From the NCBI GenBank assembly GCA_037189525.1, contig JBBCJC010000001.1, positions 704,001-768,000 of the forward strand: a DNA stretch of 64,000 nucleotides, in the 5' to 3' direction. The notes beneath the pieces were generated by a model. It was not told the DNA's origin and did not search any database. It worked only from the letters and a program-made list of their open reading frames with translations. Origin of the DNA: Gemmatimonadales bacterium (lineage in GTDB: Bacteria; Gemmatimonadota; Gemmatimonadetes; Gemmatimonadales; GWC2-71-9). Shown here one piece after another: positions 56,495 to 64,000 of this stretch. The position numbers and the translations under genes were made by a program. Numbering within the stretch: the first letter of the stretch is position 1; each line of letters opens with the position of its first letter.

Positions 56495-56753
56495 CCCAGC
56501 GGGAACGCTTCGATTGCCCAGGGGAACCGGCAGACCGGTCGTACAGCACTCGTGCGTCGGTTTGCGCGACCCGAGCAGAGAGGATATCGTGTTTCGGCAT
56601 GCATAGCGCACGAGTGCCACGAGTCAGGACAATGGAGAGCGAGCGAGAGCGTGCAGGCTCCCATAGACGCGCCAGGACCGTGCGGGCCTGGACACCCTGG
56701 CTTCGGGCCTGCCGGGCACTCAACCTCGGCGCGCTGCTGATCGGGAGTATGGC

Positions 56754-58082
56754 ATGACGATATCAGCTGAGTTGCTGGCGGAGTTCATTCAGTCGACCAT
56801 CTGGCACGGGACCCTCGACCGCGCCGACGCGATGCTTGCCGCGCATCCGGAGCTCGCCACCAGTGGCATTCATGCTGCTGCGATCCTGGGTGACGACGAA
56901 AGCGTTCGGCGCTTCCTCGCGCTCGATCCCGCCAGCGCCACCGCCACGGCTCCGCCCTACGGCGGCGACGCGCTCAACTATCTCGGCCTGTCCAAGTACC
57001 TCCGGCTCGACCGGAGCCGCACCGACCGCTTCCTGCGCGCGGCCACCGCGCTGCTCGATGCCGGCGCCGACCCGAATACCGGATTCTGGACCACCGGTCA
57101 GTACCCCGAGCGCGAAACGGCGTTGTACGGCGCGGCCGGCGTGGCGCACCATCCGGAGCTGACGCGGCTCCTGCTCGAACGCGGAGCCGACCCCAACGAC
57201 GAGGAGGTGGTCTACCACTCGCCCGAGACGGACGACAACGCGGCCATGAAGCTGGTGGTGGAGACAGGCCGGGTCACGCCCGCCAATCTGACCATGATGC
57301 TGATCCGGAAGCACGATTGGCACGACTACGACGGCGCCAAATATCTCCTGGAGCACGGCGCCGACCCGAACCACGACCGGCCCTGGGGGCTTCTGGCGAT
57401 CCACCACGCCATTGCCCGCGACAACAGCCTGGCGATGATCGAGCTGGAACTCGACCATGGCGCCGACCCGACGCGGATCCGGGAAGGCATGACGGCCATC
57501 CAGCTTGCCGCGCATCGCGGCCGAGGCGACGTGCTGGCGGCGTTCGAGCGGCGCGGGATCCCTCTCGCGCTGGGAGGCGTCGATGCCTTGATCAGCGCCT
57601 GCGCCCGTGGCGACGCAGCCGCGGCTCACACGATCGCCGCCGCGGAGCCCGCGCTCGTCCAGCAACTGATTGCGCAGGGCGGTACACTGCTCGCCCAGTT
57701 CGCCGGCACCGGCAACCGCGACGGCGTCAGCCTGCTGCTCGATCTCGGCGTGGACATCGATGCGCGGTATGGGGGCGACGGTTACTTCGGCACGCCTCCC
57801 GGGAGCACGGCGCTCCATGTCGCCGCCTGGCGCGCATGGCATGGCACCGTGCGGGCCCTGATCGAACGGGGCGCATCACTCGACGTCCGTGACGGCGACG
57901 GCCGCACTCCGCTCATGCTCGCGGTCCGGGCGTGCGTCGATTCGTATTGGACGGAGCGACGGAAGCCCGACTCGATCCGCCTGCTGCTCGAGGCCGGCGC
58001 CTCCGCGCAAGGCATCTCGCTCCCGACGGGATACGCCGAAGCCGATGCCCTGCTGGCGTCGCATGGCCGCAGCGGATCGTAA
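56754..58082 (+). CDS. Ankyrin-repeat protein
   Basis: Repeated LL.AGADPN, LL.RGADPN, TALHVAA and RTPLMLA units; GGGAG upstream. Confidence 0.9.
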   Translation: MTISAELLAEFIQSTIWHGTLDRADAMLAAHPELATSGIHAAAILGDDESVRRFLALDPASATATAPPYGGDALNYLGLSKYLRLDRSRTDRFLRAATALLDAGADPNTGFWTTGQYPERETALYGAAGVAHHPELTRLLLERGADPNDEEVVYHSPETDDNAAMKLVVETGRVTPANLTMMLIRKHDWHDYDGAKYLLEHGADPNHDRPWGLLAIHHAIARDNSLAMIELELDHGADPTRIREGMTAIQLAAHRGRGDVLAAFERRGIPLALGGVDALISACARGDAAAAHTIAAAEPALVQQLIAQGGTLLAQFAGTGNRDGVSLLLDLGVDIDARYGGDGYFGTPPGSTALHVAAWRAWHGTVRALIERGASLDVRDGDGRTPLMLAVRACVDSYWTERRKPDSIRLLLEAGASAQGISLPTGYAEADALLASHGRSGS

Positions 58083-58115
58083 GAAACCCCGCGAACGCGG
58101 ACGGAAGGAGTAGGA

Positions 58116-58856
58116 ATGATCGTATCGCCCGTGAGCCGCCATCTCGCTGTCGCGGACGTCGCGCGTAGCGTGGCGTTCTATCGCGATACGCTGGGCTTCA
58201 GCGAATCGCCGGTGCGGAACGATGCGGGGCTCCCCGCCGACGCGGAGGTGGTCTCGGGGCCGGCCCGGCTGCAACTCTACGCGCACCGCGATAGCGAGCC
58301 CAAAGAGCGCCGGGTCGTGTTCTTCGAGACTGACGACGTCGCCGCCGCCCATGACGCGCTGCGCGAGCGCGGAGCCGACCCCGGCGCGATGGAACGGGTC
58401 AACTGGATCAAGATGCTGATGTTCGAGGTCCGCGACCCCGACGGTCACGTCCTCTGGTTCGGGCAGTCCTTCGCAGAGCCGCCGATCGAGTCGCACACGC
58501 CGCCCGGCAAGGGCCAGTACCGAGTCATCATGCCCAGCTTGCCGCTCGACGATGTCCCGGCCGGCGTTGCCTACTACCGCGACGTGCTCGGTTTTTCGGT
58601 CAACTACGAGCAGCACGATCTGGGCGTGATGGATCGCGACTCGGTCCGGATCCTGCTGGTCCCGCGCACCGAGCGGATCCGCGGCGCGGGGGCCTGCTGC
58701 GTCTACATCCGGGATGCCGACGCGCTGTATGCGGAATTGCGTAGCAGAGGCGCCAACGTCGGAAGCGAGCCGGTGAGCCGCCCATGGGGCCTGCGCGATT
58801 TTACCGTACTCGATCCGGAGGGAAACGAGATCGTTTTCGCGCAGACCTTCGAGTAG
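58116..58856 (+). CDS. Two-domain VOC (glyoxalase/bleomycin-resistance) protein
   Basis: LAVADVARSVAFYRDTLGF...DPDGH; YYRDVLGF...PWGLRDFTVLDPEGN. Confidence 0.88.
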   Translation: MIVSPVSRHLAVADVARSVAFYRDTLGFSESPVRNDAGLPADAEVVSGPARLQLYAHRDSEPKERRVVFFETDDVAAAHDALRERGADPGAMERVNWIKMLMFEVRDPDGHVLWFGQSFAEPPIESHTPPGKGQYRVIMPSLPLDDVPAGVAYYRDVLGFSVNYEQHDLGVMDRDSVRILLVPRTERIRGAGACCVYIRDADALYAELRSRGANVGSEPVSRPWGLRDFTVLDPEGNEIVFAQTFE

Positions 58857-58865
58857 CGCGGCGAT

Positions 58866-58900
58866 GAGGCGGATGGCCGGACATCCGGTCCATCCGCCTC
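58866..58900. terminator. Hairpin between convergent genes
   Basis: GAGGCGGATGG...CCATCCGCCTC with an inner CCGGA/TCCGG stem. Confidence 0.65.
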
Positions 58901-58907
58901 CTGCGCA

Positions 58908-61900
58908 CTAGGGACGCTTGGTCTTGTCCGGGAACACCGGTCGCGTCGGCTTGGCCGGCGGGTTCTTCCGAAGCTCCTCCATGACCCAACTGATGGCCCG
59001 GTCCAGCTGCGGGTCGCGCCCGGCGATCACATCCTTCGGCGTCTGTTCCACATCGATGTCCGGCGGCACACCCACGTTCTCGACGATGAACCCCTCGTCG
59101 GGGGTCCAGATCGCCAGGTTGGGCGCCGTGATCGTACCGCCGTCCATCAGCACCGGGAAGCCCAGGATGCCCACCAGGCCACCCCAGGTCCGCTGTCCGA
59201 TCAGCGGGCCCAAGCCCATCTTGCGGAACATCCAGGGGAAGTAGTCGCCGCCGGAGCCCGCGGTCTCGTCGATCACCAGCGCTTTCGGGCCGGAAATCGA
59301 CGCCGTGGGTGTGCGCAGATCCTCACCGTACCGCATCGCCCAATAGCTCATGGTGCGCCGCGCCAGGATATCGACGTAGTAGTCGGCCAGCTGCCCGCCG
59401 CCGTTGAAGCGCTCATCGACGATGACGGCGTCCTTGTGAGCCTGCGGATAGAAGTACCGCTTGAAGGACTCGTATCCCTGCGTCGTCGTATTCGGCACGT
59501 AGACGTACGCCACGCGCCCGCCGGTGGCCGAGTCGACCTTGCGGAGGTTGCTCTCGATCCAGTAGCGGTTGCGCAGCCCGCCCTCCGAAGCAATCGGCAC
59601 CACCGTCACGGTCCGCGACCCCGTGCCGTCGGCGTTCGGCCCGACCGTGATCTCGACCGAGCGACCCACCGTGTTCTCGAACGGGCTGTAGACGCTGGCC
59701 GGCGGCTGGATCGACACGCCGTTGACCGCCAGTAGGAACTCACCCGCGCGCACCCCGACGCCCGGCTCGGTGAGCGGCGCGCGCAAGGTGGGGTTCCAGT
59801 TGACCCCGCCATAGACCCGGGCAAACCGGTAGCGGCCCGACACCACTTCGTAGTCGGCGCCCAGCAACCCGACCCCGACCTGCGCCGGGTTGGCGAGCCG
59901 CTGCCCCGGGCTCTGATAGCTGTGGCCGACCCGGATCTCGCTCAGGAGCCAGCGGATCACGCGCTCCACGTCACCCCGGCTGCTCGCCGCGGCAAGTAGC
60001 GGCGCATACTTCGCCTTCTGCGCATTCCAGTCGACACCGTGGTAATTCGGCGCGTAGAAGTAGTCGCGGTTGATCCGCCATGCCTCGTCGTACATCTGCG
60101 CCCACTCGGCGCGTGGCTCGATCCGCAGGTCCACCGCGGCGAGGTTGAGGCGCCCCTCGCCCGGCTTGGGCTGTCCCGCAGTCGTCACGAACCAGTTGGC
60201 GCCCTGGCGGTAGAGTAGCTTCTTCCCATCCGCCGTGAGCACGAAGCCCTGCGCCTCGGCGATCGCCACGTCGTCCTTGCGTTTGGCGATGTCGTAGCGG
60301 CGGATCGCGGTGGCGCCGTCGGCGAGGCGCAGGTAATACACCTGGTTGGCTTCGCCCACCTCGAGCTGGAGAATCTCCGCCGGAGCGATCGGAAAGGCCA
60401 CGATCCGCTCGGCAATGCCGTCGAAGTCCACCACCGTTGCCGGCGACGCCGACGGCGTGGCAGCAGGCGCGGCTGGTTTCGCAGCCGGCGTCTCCCCCTT
60501 CTCCTCGTCGCTCTCCCGTACGAACGGGTTGGGCGCATCCTTGGCCAGCGCCACGGCATAGATGCCGCGGGTACGACGAAGCCCGTTGGTGCTCTGTGCG
60601 AACCAATCGAGCGCGGGACCGGCATCGGTCGACGCCAGCAGATAGAGATACTTACCGTTCCGCTCGAAGACCGGTTGGCTCACCTCGCTCAAGCCGTCGG
60701 TCAACGCCGTCGAACGGTTCTGGTCTGCATCGTAGAGATAGAGCGTCGTCACCAGCGGCCGGCTAAAGACCCAGTACGCCAGCCACTTGGAGTCGGGCGA
60801 CCAGCTGTACTCCGGCGCCTCGAGCGGCGTATAGGTCTGATGCCCCCCGACACGCGTACTCCGTCCCGACGCCACGTCCAGGACGTAGACCGACTGCGAG
60901 TTGTCGACATACGCGATCCGCTTCCCGTCCGGCGACCAGGTCAGCCCCTCATAAAACCCGGCGCCGGTGAGCGGGATGACGCGATGGTTGCCCTTGCCGT
61001 CCTGCGGTACGAGATGGAGACGATACTCCCCACCCTGGTCCGAGACGTAGGCGATCTGCTTCCCGTCCGGTGACCAGGCCGGCGAACGCTCGTGCGCACC
61101 AGGCGTATTCGAGAGATTGCGCGGATCGCCCTTCTCGGCGGGGACCGTGACGATCTCGCCCCGCATCTCGAACGCCACCCGGGCGCCCGACGGCGAGAGC
61201 GAGGCGTTCCGCACGAACCCGGCGCCCTTGACCCAGCGCGGCCGGGTCTCGCGCAGGTCGGCCGAGACGCCGATCGTCACCTTGCGCGCCTGGCCGCTGG
61301 CCGGATCGAGCAGATGGAGCCACCCGGCCTGCTCATAGGCAATCCGTCCGGCGCCGGCAGAGGCCGCGATCACAGGCAGATCGGTGTGACGCGTCACCTG
61401 CGTGACGGTCTTGGCCGACCGATCGTAGCGATAGAGGTTGAACTCGCCGTCGCGGTCGGAACGGAACCAGACGACGTTCGGCTCGAGCCACATGGCGTCG
61501 ACATCGTTCGAGCGGCCCGCCGGCTGGGGCACCTTTTCGATTTCCCAGGTCCGGGTGTCGATCAGCCAGAGCTGCGAGACGGTGCCGCCCCGGTACCCTT
61601 TCCACTGCTCGAACCGCCGGCCGATCGGGTTGTAAGCGATCCAGCGGCCGTCCGGCGAGTACGTCGCTTGCGCAGCGTTCGGGATCGGCAGCTTGACGGC
61701 CGGCCCACCCGCCACCGGCACCGTCCACAGCTGCGAATAACGCTGCGAGAAATCGGACCGGTTCGACGTGAAGAGCACGTTCGCCCCGTCGGGCGAGAAG
61801 TCCTGCGGCAGATCGGCGCCGGGATGCCAGGTCAGCCGCCGAGGCTCGCCGCCCGCGACCGGGACGAGGTAGACATCGACGTTGCCGTCGTAGTTGCCGG

Positions 61901-62156
61901 CAAAGGCGAGCCATTTGCCGTCGCGGGAGAAGACCGGATTGGTCTCGTCGCCGTCGGCGGTGGTGATCCGCCGGACGTCCGAACCATCGTGACGGGCGGT
62001 CCAGAGATCGCCGGCGTAGATGAAGGCAACCCGGTCGGCGCTGACGGCGGGTTGAGCCAGGAGACGAGTATCGGTGGTGCTGACCTGAGCGGCGGCGGAG
62101 CCGACCCCTGCTCCGAGGATCCACAGGACGACGGCGACGCGAGGCGCGAGAGACAT
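58908..62156 (-). CDS. Tricorn protease homolog (S41B: beta-propellers, PDZ, catalytic domain)
   Basis: Signal peptide; WKGYRGG, SPDG repeats, GLLGAD, DERFNGGG, AGSGGD, RTWGGLVG, ENVGVPPD, DPQL. Confidence 0.92.
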   Translation of the reverse strand: MSLAPRVAVVLWILGAGVGSAAAQVSTTDTRLLAQPAVSADRVAFIYAGDLWTARHDGSDVRRITTADGDETNPVFSRDGKWLAFAGNYDGNVDVYLVPVAGGEPRRLTWHPGADLPQDFSPDGANVLFTSNRSDFSQRYSQLWTVPVAGGPAVKLPIPNAAQATYSPDGRWIAYNPIGRRFEQWKGYRGGTVSQLWLIDTRTWEIEKVPQPAGRSNDVDAMWLEPNVVWFRSDRDGEFNLYRYDRSAKTVTQVTRHTDLPVIAASAGAGRIAYEQAGWLHLLDPASGQARKVTIGVSADLRETRPRWVKGAGFVRNASLSPSGARVAFEMRGEIVTVPAEKGDPRNLSNTPGAHERSPAWSPDGKQIAYVSDQGGEYRLHLVPQDGKGNHRVIPLTGAGFYEGLTWSPDGKRIAYVDNSQSVYVLDVASGRSTRVGGHQTYTPLEAPEYSWSPDSKWLAYWVFSRPLVTTLYLYDADQNRSTALTDGLSEVSQPVFERNGKYLYLLASTDAGPALDWFAQSTNGLRRTRGIYAVALAKDAPNPFVRESDEEKGETPAAKPAAPAATPSASPATVVDFDGIAERIVAFPIAPAEILQLEVGEANQVYYLRLADGATAIRRYDIAKRKDDVAIAEAQGFVLTADGKKLLYRQGANWFVTTAGQPKPGEGRLNLAAVDLRIEPRAEWAQMYDEAWRINRDYFYAPNYHGVDWNAQKAKYAPLLAAASSRGDVERVIRWLLSEIRVGHSYQSPGQRLANPAQVGVGLLGADYEVVSGRYRFARVYGGVNWNPTLRAPLTEPGVGVRAGEFLLAVNGVSIQPPASVYSPFENTVGRSVEITVGPNADGTGSRTVTVVPIASEGGLRNRYWIESNLRKVDSATGGRVAYVYVPNTTTQGYESFKRYFYPQAHKDAVIVDERFNGGGQLADYYVDILARRTMSYWAMRYGEDLRTPTASISGPKALVIDETAGSGGDYFPWMFRKMGLGPLIGQRTWGGLVGILGFPVLMDGGTITAPNLAIWTPDEGFIVENVGVPPDIDVEQTPKDVIAGRDPQLDRAISWVMEELRKNPPAKPTRPVFPDKTKRP

Positions 62157-62351
62157 GACGGGGACAACTCCGGAATCGCAGGAGGAAACGGTTCGACCGA
62201 CAACCTACGATATTCCTTCCACGAGGTTTCGGCCACTCCGCGCACAACCTCGATGCCGCGCCCCTGCCGACGCTCCTCTTTGCTCAGGGGGGGAGCCGTC
62301 TACACGGCCGCGATCACCAGCGCAGCCGCGAATGCCATCATCGAGAACGGC

Positions 62352-62981
62352 CTATCGCTCGCCGCCTCTCTCGGGACCTGCGCCGAGCGCGTCGCGCTCG
62401 ATCCAGGCGAGACTCTCCAGCCACTCCTCCAGCTGGTGTCGCCGGGCGGCGAACGTCGTTCGACTCGCCCGCCGGTTGGCTGCGACCATCATGACATAGA
62501 ACACCGTCACAACCCCGATCAGCCCCCCTTTGCCTGCGGCAGACCCGGATCCTCCCACCGTCAACAGCACCACGCTGAGCAAGAGCGGGCTGAAGTACCA
62601 CCAGGCCGTTGTGCGCAGCAGATGCTCCTGCGCCCTGAGGTAGGCGATTTCCTGATGCAGCTTGGGCACGAGCGGCAGGTCGGGCTCAGGCATCATCCGC
62701 CGCGCCAGACGCAGGCGGATCGGGATCAGAACGCTTGCCATGACCAGCGTACTGCCGCCGAGGCGCAGCCACCAATTCTCACCGGTTACGAGTATCATCA
62801 CGGCAAAGGGCAGGAGCAGCAACGCCACCCCGGTCTCCAGCCAATCGCGAATGCGGACCCGGCGCTCGAGGCGGCGTCCCCGCTCGAGAACCGCGGCGAT
62901 TTCCTGATCGACGGTCCGGGCCGCAACCTTGATCGGCTGACGAAGCCAGGCATCTCTGAGCGCGTCGAGTTCCATGGTCAT
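62352..62981 (-). CDS. Putative membrane anti-sigma factor
   Basis: Overlaps the ECF stop; MELDALRDAW N-terminus followed by about four TM segments. Confidence 0.6.
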   Translation of the reverse strand: MTMELDALRDAWLRQPIKVAARTVDQEIAAVLERGRRLERRVRIRDWLETGVALLLLPFAVMILVTGENWWLRLGGSTLVMASVLIPIRLRLARRMMPEPDLPLVPKLHQEIAYLRAQEHLLRTTAWWYFSPLLLSVVLLTVGGSGSAAGKGGLIGVVTVFYVMMVAANRRASRTTFAARRHQLEEWLESLAWIERDALGAGPERGGER

Positions 62982-63481
62982 CGCTCCACGTAACGCTGCT
63001 TGAACTGCTGTTTGAGGCGATGAATCCGGACCCCGACCGCACCGACCGACAATCCGGTAACCTCCGCGATATCGTGTTGCTTGAGACCTTCCATGTACAA
63101 ACCCAGCACCGACCGGTCGATCGGATTCAGACTGCCGACGAATTCTTCGAGAATGGCATCTTCGACCGAATCATGCGACACGGCCGGCGCCGGCAGGTCC
63201 GCAGTGACCCCCGCCGGATCATGCGCCTGCCAGCGGCGGTTTTCCCGCCGCCGATAACCGAGCCCGACGTTGAGCGCGACCCGATAAGCCCAGGTACCGA
63301 TCGCCGACTGCCCACGAAAGGACGGCAGCGCGCTCCAGACCTGGTAGAGGATTTCCTGGTACAGATCCTCGTCCTCGCCGTCGCCACCTGCGTAGATCCG
63401 CGCAATCCGGCGAAGCGCCGGCCCGTGGGTGGCCACCACACCCCGAAACTGCTCCTCACGGGCCGGATCGCCGCTCGTCAA
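62978..63481 (-). CDS. ECF RNA polymerase sigma factor
   Basis: DLYQEI..QVW, FRGQS.IGTWAYRVALN, LYMEG...DIAEVTGLS..AVGVRIHR. Confidence 0.9.
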   Translation of the reverse strand: MTSGDPAREEQFRGVVATHGPALRRIARIYAGGDGEDEDLYQEILYQVWSALPSFRGQSAIGTWAYRVALNVGLGYRRRENRRWQAHDPAGVTADLPAPAVSHDSVEDAILEEFVGSLNPIDRSVLGLYMEGLKQHDIAEVTGLSVGAVGVRIHRLKQQFKQRYVER

Positions 63482-63499
63482 CGGATCGCGCCGACCGGG

Positions 63500-64000
63500 T
63501 CAGGGACGAAACTGCGTGACGTGATTCTCGAACGGCGTCTCGCCCCGCTTGGTCTGCTCCGCTCCCCGGTTGGTCCAGGGCGACAGGAGATTCTCCATGA
63601 CACCGAGCTTGACGTATTCGTCCAGCACGAAGGGAATTCCCTCCGCGCCAAGCGGCGTCGGCCGGTCGCCGATGTGGAAGTGCAGGTGCGGCGCGGTCGA
63701 ATTGCCGGAGTTGCCCAGCAGGCCGACCAACTGGCCCGGTTTGACCCGGTCGCCCAGCTTGACCGCCACGCTCCCGGGAACGATGTGGGCGTAGAAGGCA
63801 TAGTTGCCGCCGCCCAGATCGATGATCACGTGGTTGCCCGCCACCGTTTCGAGCGTGATCGGCACCGCCATGGTCGGCGAGAGCGGGACGTTCTCGATGA
63901 TGCCGTCCTTGAGCGCCACCACCGTACCCGCCCCCACTGCCACCAGCGAGTCGCCGTAACCGTACCAGTTGGCGTTGACCGTGGAGTCGCCCTGCCAGGC
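63500..64000 (-). CDS. M23 family metallopeptidase, 5' end outside the window (partial)
   Basis: Frame open to the window edge; GNHVII, FYAH, VKLGDRVKPGQ.VG.LGNSGNSTAPHLHF. Confidence 0.88.
   Translation of the reverse strand, partial: AWQGDSTVNANWYGYGDSLVAVGAGTVVALKDGIIENVPLSPTMAVPITLETVAGNHVIIDLGGGNYAFYAHIVPGSVAVKLGDRVKPGQLVGLLGNSGNSTAPHLHFHIGDRPTPLGAEGIPFVLDEYVKLGVMENLLSPWTNRGAEQTKRGETPFENHVTQFRP

Overview
High-GC chromosomal window with dense, mostly intact genes. Gene style (SusC-like receptor, many signal-peptide hydrolases, TANNNT boxes just upstream of start codons) suggests Gemmatimonadota, which is an inference. No rRNA, tRNA, CRISPR array, integrase or transposase was recognised. 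In order: a partial DmpA/S58 peptidase; a tandem amidohydrolase pair whose second copy looks catalytically degenerate; an orphan SusC-like TonB-dependent receptor; a partial phenylacetate (paa) cluster with a BrnT/BrnA toxin-antitoxin module in its divergent intergenic region, followed by a fused E1 alpha/beta 2-oxoacid dehydrogenase and a Tat MBL-fold hydrolase; a large CSLREA/beta-helix surface lipoprotein; a Tat-signal TldD plus TldE transcribed divergently from a six-gene MoxR/DUF58/BatA/DUF4159 operon; a stand-alone family B DNA polymerase; a DUF305 + LVIVD lipoprotein pair; a serine hydrolase; a beta-propeller-amidohydrolase; nrfHA (CXXCH-type NrfA); an Ntn acylase; a USP; an aldehyde dehydrogenase; an ArsR-TolC-MFP-RND-PII-like-DUF2892 operon; a two-component system; NTF2-like, DinB, ankyrin and VOC genes; a tricorn protease; an ECF sigma/anti-sigma pair; and a partial M23 peptidase. 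The best candidates for under-described systems are the exported TldDE + MoxR/vWA locus, the Cys-rich ArsR-controlled RND/PII/DUF2892 exporter, the DUF305-LVIVD pair, the lone PolB and a structured leader before the ankyrin-VOC operon. All family assignments come from motif recognition by eye, not database searches.
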